A DNA stretch of 64,000 bases from an uncultured Acidobacteriota bacterium (GTDB lineage Bacteria; Acidobacteriota; Thermoanaerobaculia; Multivoradales; UBA5704), in the NCBI GenBank assembly GCA_963770895.1, contig CAVYRF010000002.1:3520001-3584000 (forward strand), written 5' to 3'. Under the pieces are notes generated by a model. The model saw nothing but the letters and a program-made list of their open reading frames with translations. It was not told the DNA's origin and did no database searches. Positions 17,991 through 52,115 of this stretch are shown here, one piece after another. The first letter of the stretch is position 1, and each line of letters opens with the position of its first letter. Both the position numbers and the translations under genes were made by a program.

Positions 17991-20771
17991 CTAGCCGCAG
18001 GGCAGCGCGCTGGTGTCCTGCACCGGCGGCGCCGCCGTCTGGTCGTCGTTGTGGTAGCTCACCGACTTGCCGGTCGTGGTGTCGGTGACGGTCACGGTGA
18101 ACGCGACGTTGGTGCCCGCGGCGTAGAAGACCCAATATTTGTTGTCGACCGCGCAGCCGTCGAGCACCTTGATCAGCATCTCGGGATTGTCCTGGGCAAA
18201 GAACCAGAACAGGCCGCCTTGGTCGACGCCCAGGGTTTGCAGCGCGATCGCCTGGCCGTCGCCCGAGCTGCCGCCGCCCTGCGCGGTGTGGTAGTGCACG
18301 CCGATCTGGAAGCGGTCGTCGATGCAGAGCGAGGTGGCGGTCGTCGTGCAGCCGGAGCCAGCCGCCACCCCCCCGGCGGGCGCAGGCGCGGGCATGGCGG
18401 CGGGCGCGGCGTCGCTGCCGGTGGTGCAGGCGAAGGCGGCGGTGTCCTGGATCGGGATGGCCGCGGTGCCGTCCTTGTTGGAGTAGACCTTGCTGCGGCC
18501 GAGCTTGGTGTCGGTAACCGTCACCTGGAAGCCGACGTTGGTGGCGGCGGAATCGAAGACCCAGAAATGCTGGTCGACGGCGCAGCCGTTGAGCACCTTG
18601 ATCAGCATCTCGGGGTTGAAGCTGTCGAAAAACCAGAACAGGCCGCCGTGGGAGACCCCGGCGGTGGCAAGCGAGATCGCCTGGCCTTTGCCGGAGCTGC
18701 CGCCGCCCTCGGTGGTGCTGTAGCTGGAGGTGATCTGCCACCGCCGGTCGCCCGGCTGGTCGTCCAGGCAGAGGGTCGTCGCCCCCGAGATGCAGCCGCT
18801 GCCGCTGAACACGTAGGCCGCCCCCTCCATGGGCTGCGCCGCGACGGTGGCGAACTCCGCGGTCACCGCCACCGTGGCGCCGTCGGCGCTCACCGCGACG
18901 GTACCGAAGAGGTCCTTGGCGACGCCGTCCGCGGCGGTCATCTTGGCCGCCTCGGTGGTGTCGGACCAGCCGGCGGCGGGCCTGACGAAGACGTACGCCG
19001 CTCCCTGTTGGGCGTGTCCGGCCACGGTGGCGTTGCCGGCTCCGCCCAGCACGGTCGTGCCGTCGCCGTCGATCGCCACCGAGTAGCCGAATTCGTCGTG
19101 CGCGGCGCCGTCGGATTCGGTCAGCTCGGCGGTCTGGGTCGCGTCGGTCCAACCGCTGGCGGGCTTGACGAAGACGTACGCCGCACCCTGCAGGGTGTGG
19201 CCCAGGATCGTGGTGCCGTTGGCGCCCGCCACGACGGTCGAGCCGTCGCCGCTGAGCGCCGTCATGTCCCCGAGCCCGTAGTCCACTTCGCCGTCGGTCG
19301 CGGTGAGCTTGGCCACCTGGGCGCCGCTGCCGCTGGCCCAGCCGCCGGCCGGCATCGCGAACACGTACACCGCCCCCTGCGCGCGCCGCCCGCCGATCGT
19401 CGCCCCCGAAGCGCCCACGGCGAGGGTGGCGCCGTCGGCGCTCACCGCGACGTTGCCGCCAAATCCGTTGTCCTTGGCGCCGTCCGCCGCGGTGAGCTTG
19501 GCCTTTTGCACCCCGGTCATCCACCCGGTGGGGGAGCGCTGGAACAGGTATGCGGCTCCCTGGAAGCTGTTGGCGCCCACGGTCGCGTCGAAGGCGCCGC
19601 CGACGATGGTCGAGCCGTCGCCGCTCACCGTGACGCAGCCGAGGTTGTCGCCTGCCAGGCCGTCGGAGGCGGTCAGCTTGGCAGTCTCATGGATGCTGGC
19701 CCAGATCGCGCCTGGCCTCAGGAAGACATAGGCGGCACCCTGGCCTTCCTGGGTCCCGATCGTGGCATAGGGGGCGGCCGCGACGACCGTCGAGCCGTCG
19801 GCGCTGACCGCTACGCCGCCCGCGTCGGTACCCAGGTAGTCGCCCGCCTGACCGTCCGATGCGGTCAGCTCCGCCGCCTGGGTGCCGTTGGCCCAACCGC
19901 CGGCCGGCCGCACGAATACGTAGACGATCCCCTGCGCATCGCGGCCGGCGACGGAAGCGCCCGGAGCCGCCACCGCGATGGTCGAGCCGTCGCTGCTGAT
20001 CGCCACGCTGCTGCCCAGGTAGAACTTGGCGCCGCCGTCCGAGGCCACCAGCTTTGCCGATTGCACGAAGGGGTCCACGGTCAGCGGATAGGTTGCGCCC
20101 GCGTCGCCGACCCGCACCACCAGGTCGCCGTGGTCGAGCGCGAAGCGAGCGGGCAGGTCGCGGCCGCGCGCGTCGTAGGCCGCCAGGCCGCCGTAGCGCA
20201 GCACCGCTTCGCCGGACGCCGCCAGCGCCACGCTGCGGCCGTCGGCCGCGATCGTGGGCCGCAGGTCGCCGCCGAGCCGCATGGCGATGCGCAGGTCGCC
20301 GCGCCCCGATGGCCGCCGGCGCACCGTCCAGCCCTGCTCGAGGCCCGCCGGGCCGTTGACGTACCATGCGGTGGCCCTGTCGTCGCCGAATTCGACCCGA
20401 TTGGCCCGGACGGTGGGCGCCGGCCGCGCCGCGAGCGGCAGCAGGCTGCCGTCGCGCCCGATCGACGCCGGCGCCAGCGCCCAGCTGCGGCCGCCCGCCG
20501 CCACGGCCAGGCCGCCGTCGCGGATGGTCGCCGTCGCCCCGCCGCGCATGGTCACGGCATAGCCGCTGCCGCCCGCGGCGGCGAACGCAAAGGCCGCATC
20601 CGACCGTCCCATGCTGGCCGAGATGAGCGACTCCAGCGCCGGCGACTGGGCGACCGGGGTCACGGCGGGTGCCGCGGCGGCGGCGGCCGCCATCACCGCA
20701 TGGAGGAGAAACAAGCTGCCGAACACGAAGACGGGCCAATCGCAAGAACGCGCTGCATTCCGTGGCGACAT
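17991..20771 (-). CDS. Secreted FG-GAP-repeat (beta-propeller) protein with two tandem Cys-bounded C-terminal domains
   Basis: Signal peptide; N-terminal AWYVNGPAGLEQGW...YPLTVDP domain; about 7 repeats of KLTASDG...G.SVA.S.DGST...GA...QGAAYVF; two copies of LC...GLFWFF...NPEMLIKVL(N/D)GC...TNV.F.VTVTDT; ATG 20771 after GGAGG. Confidence 0.8.
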   Translation of the reverse strand: MSPRNAARSCDWPVFVFGSLFLLHAVMAAAAAAAPAVTPVAQSPALESLISASMGRSDAAFAFAAAGGSGYAVTMRGGATATIRDGGLAVAAGGRSWALAPASIGRDGSLLPLAARPAPTVRANRVEFGDDRATAWYVNGPAGLEQGWTVRRRPSGRGDLRIAMRLGGDLRPTIAADGRSVALAASGEAVLRYGGLAAYDARGRDLPARFALDHGDLVVRVGDAGATYPLTVDPFVQSAKLVASDGGAKFYLGSSVAISSDGSTIAVAAPGASVAGRDAQGIVYVFVRPAGGWANGTQAAELTASDGQAGDYLGTDAGGVAVSADGSTVVAAAPYATIGTQEGQGAAYVFLRPGAIWASIHETAKLTASDGLAGDNLGCVTVSGDGSTIVGGAFDATVGANSFQGAAYLFQRSPTGWMTGVQKAKLTAADGAKDNGFGGNVAVSADGATLAVGASGATIGGRRAQGAVYVFAMPAGGWASGSGAQVAKLTATDGEVDYGLGDMTALSGDGSTVVAGANGTTILGHTLQGAAYVFVKPASGWTDATQTAELTESDGAAHDEFGYSVAIDGDGTTVLGGAGNATVAGHAQQGAAYVFVRPAAGWSDTTEAAKMTAADGVAKDLFGTVAVSADGATVAVTAEFATVAAQPMEGAAYVFSGSGCISGATTLCLDDQPGDRRWQITSSYSTTEGGGSSGKGQAISLATAGVSHGGLFWFFDSFNPEMLIKVLNGCAVDQHFWVFDSAATNVGFQVTVTDTKLGRSKVYSNKDGTAAIPIQDTAAFACTTGSDAAPAAMPAPAPAGGVAAGSGCTTTATSLCIDDRFQIGVHYHTAQGGGSSGDGQAIALQTLGVDQGGLFWFFAQDNPEMLIKVLDGCAVDNKYWVFYAAGTNVAFTVTVTDTTTGKSVSYHNDDQTAAPPVQDTSALPCG

Positions 20772-20880
20772 CCTGCCTCCAGTCCGGATAGCGGGTTCCT
20801 CCGGCGGACCCGACATAGCCTAATCTTATCAGTGAAGAACCACCGGCAATCCTGCTGACATTGCACGAAAGGTGATGGTA

Positions 20881-21456
20881 ATGAAAGCATTTACAAGTTG
20901 CGCCGTGGCCATGGTCGTAGTCGCCTTCCGCCTGGCCGCCCAGCCTGCTCCGGCCGCGCCGGTGGCTCCGATGGCTCCGCTGGCTCCGCTGGCTCCGATC
21001 ACCGCTGCCGATCCGTTCCACGCTCTAGCCTTTCTGGAAGGAACCTGGGAAGCCAGGGCCCAGGGCGACCAGGGGGTGGCCGCCAGCGGCACCTACACGT
21101 TCGCGCGTGAGCTGGGGGGGCACGTGCTGGCGCGTCACAGCACCAGCGACGCGGGATGCAAGGGCCCGGCAAGCTTCGACTGCGAGCACCGCGACCTGCT
21201 GCTGGTGTACCAGGATGCGGCTGGGCAGCCGCTCAAGGCGATCTTTTTTGACAACGAGGGACACGTCATCCATTACGACGTGGCGGCGCCGGACGCGTCG
21301 ACCGCGGAGCTCCTTTCCGACCCGGCGCAGCCCGGCCCGCGGTTTCGCCTTGTCTATCAGCTGCAAGGTGGCGTGATGTCCGGCAAGTTCCAAATGCGCC
21401 TGCCGGGTCAGGCCGATTGGAAGTCCTACCTGGAGTGGAGCGGCAAGCGCAAGTAG
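20881..21456 (+). CDS. Hypothetical exported protein (lipocalin-like beta-barrel suspected)
   Basis: Signal-like N-terminus, AP(V/M/L/I) repeats, LAFLEGTW, AIFFDNEGHVIHY, YLEWSG. Confidence 0.7.
   Translation: MKAFTSCAVAMVVVAFRLAAQPAPAAPVAPMAPLAPLAPITAADPFHALAFLEGTWEARAQGDQGVAASGTYTFARELGGHVLARHSTSDAGCKGPASFDCEHRDLLLVYQDAAGQPLKAIFFDNEGHVIHYDVAAPDASTAELLSDPAQPGPRFRLVYQLQGGVMSGKFQMRLPGQADWKSYLEWSGKRK
20956..21000 (+). repeat. Imperfect 9-bp tandem repeat encoding APV-APM-APL-APL-API
   Basis: gcgccggtg gctccgatg gctccgctg gctccgctg gctccgatc read directly. Confidence 0.7.
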
Positions 21457-21487
21457 CGATCGCAGGACGATGCCCGCGGGCGCCGGG

Positions 21488-22477
21488 TCAGGAACGGCCG
21501 AAGCGCGAGCCGGCGGCGCGCCCCGCCGCCGCGGCGGCGGCGGAGCCGGGTGGTGCCGGCGCCGGATCCGGGGCGGGCGCCGCGTCCCCATTTGCGGCCG
21601 GCGCCGCGGACGGCGGCGCGGATGGCGGCGGCGCCGCCGGTTGCACCGGTTTGGCATTGGGCAGGGGCATGCCTTCACGGTCGAAGGCGATCTTGAGGCG
21701 CTCGATCGCCGCGCCGCGCGCGGCCTGGTAATCGGCAAGAGTGGTGGTTTTGATCCAAAAGCCGACGACGAGATCGATCGCGCTGTCGCCCGGCTCCTGG
21801 TAGAACACGTCGATGTCGCCGTCGCGGAAGGGAGCGTTGGACAGGGCCACTGACGCCACCTGTCTTGCCTTGGCCAGGTCGACTTCGTAGGCGACCTTCA
21901 GCTTGAGATCGACGCGCCGCTTGCCGCTGGTTGTAAAGTTAGTGATCACGTCCTCGAACACTTTCTTATTGGGCAGCAGCACCACCTGCCCCTGCGGCGA
22001 GCGGATCTCGGTCCACAGCAGGCTGACGTGTTCGACGGTGCCCAGGATGCCGTTGGTTTCGATCAGGTTGCCGGTCTGAAACGGCCGCTGGACGGAAAGG
22101 TAGATGCCGGCGATGAAGTTGGATGCGATGCCCTGAAACGCAAGGCTGAGGGCCAGTCCGACGATGCCGGCGCCGGCCAGCAGCGACGTCACCGCGCGGT
22201 CGAGACCGATGATTCCCAAGCTGCAGAACAGGCCGGCGGTGATCAGCACCACGTAGAACGTCTGCGCCAGCAGCTCGTTGACTTGCGGGTTTTGAGAGAT
22301 TCGCCGCAGCAGACGCAACACCACGTCGCGCGTGCCGCGGGCGACGAACCAGAACAGCACCATCACCACCAGTGCCAGCAACAGGTTTGGCATCACCAGG
22401 ATGGTGTCGCGCAGCCAGGTTGCGATCTTGCTTACAAGCAGGTCCCAGGTCTGATCCAGATGAATGAGCATAGCCAT
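21488..22477 (-). CDS. Small-conductance mechanosensitive channel (MscS family)
   Basis: TSLLAGAGIVGLALSLAFQGIASNFIAG, RPFQTG..I, GTVE, V.LPN..V....ITNFT; ATG 22477 with GAGGAG; Pro/Ala-rich tail. Confidence 0.9.
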   Translation of the reverse strand: MAMLIHLDQTWDLLVSKIATWLRDTILVMPNLLLALVVMVLFWFVARGTRDVVLRLLRRISQNPQVNELLAQTFYVVLITAGLFCSLGIIGLDRAVTSLLAGAGIVGLALSLAFQGIASNFIAGIYLSVQRPFQTGNLIETNGILGTVEHVSLLWTEIRSPQGQVVLLPNKKVFEDVITNFTTSGKRRVDLKLKVAYEVDLAKARQVASVALSNAPFRDGDIDVFYQEPGDSAIDLVVGFWIKTTTLADYQAARGAAIERLKIAFDREGMPLPNAKPVQPAAPPPSAPPSAAPAANGDAAPAPDPAPAPPGSAAAAAAGRAAGSRFGRS

Positions 22478-22617
22478 GGCACTCCTCGCGGAGCGCAACT
22501 GCAAAAGCCGGGCCGGCAGCCGTTGCGCGGTTCGTGCCGGGAACGCCGCGCGTTGCCGCGGCGAGCGCGGAGAGACGACGAGCGCGCACCTATATTCAGG
22601 CGGCCAGGAGAGCTCGA

Positions 22618-48096
<25,479 letters not shown>

Positions 48097-48120
48097 GCGG
48101 CGGCGCGTTTCCTGGCTCGA

Positions 48121-48151
48121 CCCGCGGGGGGCGGGAGCGCCCCCCGGCGGG
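48121..48151. terminator. GC-rich hairpin between the NRPS and the convergent gene
   Basis: cccgc-ggggggcg-ggag-cgcccccc-g-gcggg stem-loop; no U-tract. Confidence 0.5.
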
Positions 48152-48169
48152 GTGAGGGTCCAGCCGCCG

Positions 48170-48910
48170 CTATTGATTGGCGAACTGGAACTGCACGTAG
48201 TCCACCGTCGTGGCGCCGCTGCCGCTGCCGTTGGCGTCGTAGACCGCCACGATCCACTGGCCCGGGGCGGCGCCCGGCACCGGCACGACGACGTTGCCGC
48301 CCGGCGAGATCGTGTAGGTCGCGGGGCCTGGCAGGGGCTGCAGCGCGTCGATCAGCTTGGCGTTGGAACGGTTCAGCTGATCGAGGGGAAAGGGCGAGCC
48401 GACCAGCGCATAGCGGACGTTGCTGACGACGAGCGCGTTGGTGCCGATGGCGAAGTCGTTGGCAAACTCCAGGCCGAGACCGTTGGGTTCGGTTCCCGTT
48501 TCCTGGATGATGCTGCCGGGGAGCTGGTTGCCGGCGGCGTCCGTCCAATAGAGGTTGACGATGCCGGTGGGGTTTGCCGTGCACCAGCCGACGTGAACCA
48601 GCACGCCGGGGTTGATCGGCGAGTTGGCCTGGTTGAGGTTCTGCCAGTGCAGCAGGGTGTTGGCGCCTTGGAAGACGGCGCTGAAGTCGCTGAAGATGCC
48701 GGCCGAAGTGGCGGTGCCGATCGGGCCGGGAGCGAAACCGTTGAACAGGTGGGTGAGAAACTGGTTGCCGGTGATCACGAAGGCGATGTCGAAGGCGGGA
48801 ACCGTTCCCACGTTGGTGAAATCCTTGTTGATGCAGTAATCGGCGAAGGCGGCGGTGGATCCGGTGGTGAGGCAGAGCAGGGTGAGCGCGACCACGATGC
48901 TGCGTTTCAT
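48170..48910 (-). CDS. Hypothetical secreted beta-rich protein
   Basis: Sec signal MKRSIVVALTLLCLTTGSTAAFA; Asn/Gly/Thr/aromatic-rich mature region; GGGGGA RBS-like sequence. Confidence 0.8.
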   Translation of the reverse strand: MKRSIVVALTLLCLTTGSTAAFADYCINKDFTNVGTVPAFDIAFVITGNQFLTHLFNGFAPGPIGTATSAGIFSDFSAVFQGANTLLHWQNLNQANSPINPGVLVHVGWCTANPTGIVNLYWTDAAGNQLPGSIIQETGTEPNGLGLEFANDFAIGTNALVVSNVRYALVGSPFPLDQLNRSNAKLIDALQPLPGPATYTISPGGNVVVPVPGAAPGQWIVAVYDANGSGSGATTVDYVQFQFANQ

Positions 48911-49002
48911 GACATGTCCCCCATTGTGAGATACGACCGTTGCGTCATCGACCGGCCGCGGGTGGAAGCCGCCCGGTCCAGATCTACGGTTCAGCACAAT
49001 CG

Positions 49003-49031
49003 AGAATAGTAGTGACTTAGAGACATGTCAA
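49003..49031 (-). promoter_or_regulatory. Near-consensus sigma70 promoter for the 48170-48910 gene
   Basis: Minus strand TTGACA, 17 nt (tgtctctaagtcactac), TATTCT in an AT-rich patch. Confidence 0.7.
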
Positions 49032-49212
49032 TAGCGTAAACACTCCTATTCCGTATGCGGACAGGTGACGGCGGCGTGGCAGTCCTACGAAGGGCTTGTT
49101 TGCAGCGGAAAGCGGCGGCCCTGCCCGAAGTGGGGGCGGCCGCCGCGGCCGGCGATCTCGACGAACGTCGTGATGCGGCCGCGGCGGGTCAGGTCGGTGC
49201 GGCGCGCGCGGC

Positions 49213-50568
49213 TCAGGGCGCCGGCTGTTTGGCGGTGCTGGCGGTCGGCGCCGGCGCCGGCTTGGGGCGGTTGCGGTAGCGGTCGTACAGCTCCCGCTGG
49301 CGCTCGTGGGCCAGGTCGATTTCCTGGCCGGCGATCCAGACGCGTTCGATGTGGGTGACGATCTCCAGCGGATCGCCGTCGGTGAGCAGGATGCTGGCTT
49401 CCTTGCCGGGTTCGAGCGAGCCGATGCGGTCGGCGACCCCCAGGATTTCTGCGGCGGTGAGCGTCACGGCGCGCAGGGCCGTCTCCTTGGGCAGGCCGTA
49501 GGCCGCCGCCATGGCGGCGTGGAACGGCAGGTTGCGGGCCTGCGAGGCGTCGGCGCCGGCGCCGATCGCCACCTTGACGCCCGCCTTGTGCAGGATGCCG
49601 GCCGCGGCGTAGGCGGCGTCGTAGGGCTCCCAGCGCCGCGACGGCAGCTCCAGCACGCCGGTCACGACGACCGGGATCTTGTCCTTGGCCAGCCGGTCGG
49701 CCAGGTACTGCGCGTCGGGGCCGGCCACCAGCACCAGGTTGGTCAGCTTTTCGCGCTTCGCCCAGTCGAGGGCGCTTTCGATCTGCGGCTTCTCGTCGGC
49801 GTGGATGTAGAGCGGCAGCTTGCCGTCGAGCACCGGACGCAGCGCTTCGTAGCGCGGATCGACGTCCAGCGCCGGCGCCTTGCCGGCATCGGCGGCGGTG
49901 CGCGCGGTGCGGTAGGAGCGGGCGGCGTCGAAGATGTCCTGCAGGGCCTTGAGCGCCTTTTCGCGCTGCTTTTGGAACTCTTCGTCCGAGACGTGCGAAA
50001 AGAAGGCGCGCAGCGACTGGGTCTGCCTGGGATAGGTGAGGTGCATGCCGACCGGCGCGCGCAGCGTCATGTCTTCCAGGTTCCAGCCGTGGAGGCGCAT
50101 CACCGCCGAGGTGCCGTTGAGGACGCCGCCGCCGGGCTCGATCTCGGCGTACAGCACGCCGCCGGCAACGGCCGGGCCGATGAGGATCGAGTCGGCGTTG
50201 AACGCCACCTGGGCGCGGATGTTGGCGTTGTCGTCGCCGGTTTCGACCAGGTCGGTCGAACCGTTGACGCTTTCGATGCCGCGCAGGCCCAGGCGCGACG
50301 TCGGGTCGACGAAGCCGGGGTAGAGGTGCTTGCCGTTGCACTGGATCTGGCGCGCCGCCGCCGGCACCGCCACTTCGCCGGCGCGGCCGACGGCGACGAT
50401 GCGGCCGCCGTCGGCGACGACGACGCCGTTGTCGATGGCGGGTCCGCTCACCGGATGGACGGTGGCGCCGACCCAGGCGACCACCTGGGCGCGCGCCGCG
50501 GCGGCCGGCGCGGCCAGCAGCAGGGCGGTCAGGGCAAAACGGTGGACGGCGCGGTTCCCGGCTCTCAT
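49213..50568 (-). CDS. Secreted amidohydrolase-family protein lacking the N-terminal HxH
   Basis: GKHLYPGFVDPTSRLG, RNLPFHAAMAAAYGL, IGSLEPGKEA..LLTDGDPL; ATG overlaps the upstream stop. Confidence 0.85.
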   Translation of the reverse strand: MRAGNRAVHRFALTALLLAAPAAAARAQVVAWVGATVHPVSGPAIDNGVVVADGGRIVAVGRAGEVAVPAAARQIQCNGKHLYPGFVDPTSRLGLRGIESVNGSTDLVETGDDNANIRAQVAFNADSILIGPAVAGGVLYAEIEPGGGVLNGTSAVMRLHGWNLEDMTLRAPVGMHLTYPRQTQSLRAFFSHVSDEEFQKQREKALKALQDIFDAARSYRTARTAADAGKAPALDVDPRYEALRPVLDGKLPLYIHADEKPQIESALDWAKREKLTNLVLVAGPDAQYLADRLAKDKIPVVVTGVLELPSRRWEPYDAAYAAAGILHKAGVKVAIGAGADASQARNLPFHAAMAAAYGLPKETALRAVTLTAAEILGVADRIGSLEPGKEASILLTDGDPLEIVTHIERVWIAGQEIDLAHERQRELYDRYRNRPKPAPAPTASTAKQPAP

Positions 50569-52115
50569 CACGGCTTCTCCCCCGCGCCTGCCAAGAGGGC
50601 GCTGTCGTCGGCGTACGGATACTCTTCGGAATCCTCGTTGGAGTCCCACAGGATGTAGCTCGGCGGCTTGTCCGGGGCGTCCTTGTCGTCGCTGGCTTCG
50701 GCCTTGTCCTTGTCCTTGCTCTTGTCCTTACCCTTGCTCTTGCCGTCGCCGTCGCGCTTGCCGTCGGCCTTCACCTTGGCGACCAGCGCGGCGCGCTCGC
50801 GTGCCAGCTCGTCGCGATGCTTGAGGTCGTCGGCGCGGTCGAAGTACTTGCGGCCGTCGATCCAGGTCTGCTCGGCCAGCGAGTAGGTCGACAGCGGGCT
50901 GCCCGACCAGATGACAAAGTCGGCGTCCTTGCCCGGTTCGAGCGAGCCGATGCGGTTGTCGACGTGGAACTGCTTGGCGGAGTTGATGGTGACGAACTTG
51001 AGCGCTTCGGTTTCGGGGACGTTGCCGTAGCGCACCGCCTTGGCCGCCTCCAGGTTGAGCCGGCGCGCCAGCTCGTTGGAGTCGGAGTTGAACGTGGTGA
51101 CGACGCCGCGCTGCCACATGACGGCGCCGTTGTAGGGGATGGCGTCCAGCGCCTCGTCCTTGTAGGCCCACCAGTCGCTGAAGGTGCTGCCGCCGGCGCC
51201 GTGCGCCGCGATCTCGTCGGCGACCTTGTAGCCTTCGAGGACGTGTTGCAGCGTCGCGATGCGGAAGCCGAACTGTTCGGCCAGCCGCAGCAGCATGATG
51301 ATCTCGTCGGCGCGGTAGCAGTGGGAGTGCACCAGGCGCGTGCCGTTGAGGATCTCCACCACCGCTTCCAGCTGCAGGTCGCGGCGCGGCGGCACCTTGT
51401 CGGCGCGCGGGTCCTTGCGGTATTCGGCCCAGCGCCGCTCGTAGTCGCGCGCCGCCAGGAACGTCTCGCGGATGACCTGCTCGACGCCCTGGCGCGTCTG
51501 GGGATAGCGCCGGTGCGCGTCGTCGGCCAGCTCCCAGTTGCTCTGCTTGGGGTTCTCGCCCAGCGCGAACTTGATGCCCTGCGGCGCGCCGAAGAACAGG
51601 TCTTCCGGCGGCGCCCCCCAGCGCAGCTTGACCACCGCGTTCTGGCCGCCGATGGCGTTGGCCGAACCGTGCAGCAGGTTGACCGTGGTGACGCCGCCCG
51701 CCAGCTCGCGGTAGATGGCGATCGATTCGGCGTTGACCACGTCTTCGATGCGCACTTCGGCGGTGACGATGTCAGTGCCTTCGTTGACGTTGCCGACGAT
51801 GTCCGAGTGCGAATGCGGATCGAAGATGCCGGGGCTGACGTGCTTGCCGGTGGCGTCGATCTCGACGGCGCCCGCGGGCACCGCCAGGTGGGCGCCGACG
51901 GCGGCGATCTTGCCCTTTTTGATCAGCAGGTCGGCGTCTTCGAGCTTGCCCTGCGGACCGCTGGTCCAGATCGTCGCGTGCCGCACCACCAGCACGTCGG
52001 GTTGCGCCGGTTGGGCGTTCTTCCAGCCGTCGAAGTCGCTGCCGGCGGCGAGCGGCGCCGCGGCGCAGCACAGCAGCGACGCGGCCAGCAAAAGGCGGGT
52101 GCAGAGCGATCTCAT
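50568..52115 (-). CDS. Secreted metal-dependent amidohydrolase (imidazolonepropionase-like superfamily)
   Basis: Signal peptide; PGIFDPHSH, GGVTTVNLLHGSANAIGG, KFALGENPK, HSHCYRADE, QHVLEGY, NSD, GSLEPGKDADFV; ATG 52115 overlaps the upstream stop. Confidence 0.9.
   Translation of the reverse strand: MRSLCTRLLLAASLLCCAAAPLAAGSDFDGWKNAQPAQPDVLVVRHATIWTSGPQGKLEDADLLIKKGKIAAVGAHLAVPAGAVEIDATGKHVSPGIFDPHSHSDIVGNVNEGTDIVTAEVRIEDVVNAESIAIYRELAGGVTTVNLLHGSANAIGGQNAVVKLRWGAPPEDLFFGAPQGIKFALGENPKQSNWELADDAHRRYPQTRQGVEQVIRETFLAARDYERRWAEYRKDPRADKVPPRRDLQLEAVVEILNGTRLVHSHCYRADEIIMLLRLAEQFGFRIATLQHVLEGYKVADEIAAHGAGGSTFSDWWAYKDEALDAIPYNGAVMWQRGVVTTFNSDSNELARRLNLEAAKAVRYGNVPETEALKFVTINSAKQFHVDNRIGSLEPGKDADFVIWSGSPLSTYSLAEQTWIDGRKYFDRADDLKHRDELARERAALVAKVKADGKRDGDGKSKGKDKSKDKDKAEASDDKDAPDKPPSYILWDSNEDSEEYPYADDSALLAGAGEKP

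Noticed and set aside
18800-20060. Regularly spaced repeats here and at 55400-57200, considered as CRISPR-like arrays
   Set aside because: Degenerate protein-coding FG-GAP and BNR repeats; no identical DNA repeats with unique spacers and no cas genes.
18051-20858. 935-aa plus-strand ORF
   Set aside because: Antisense to the FG-GAP protein; its repetitiveness only mirrors those repeats.
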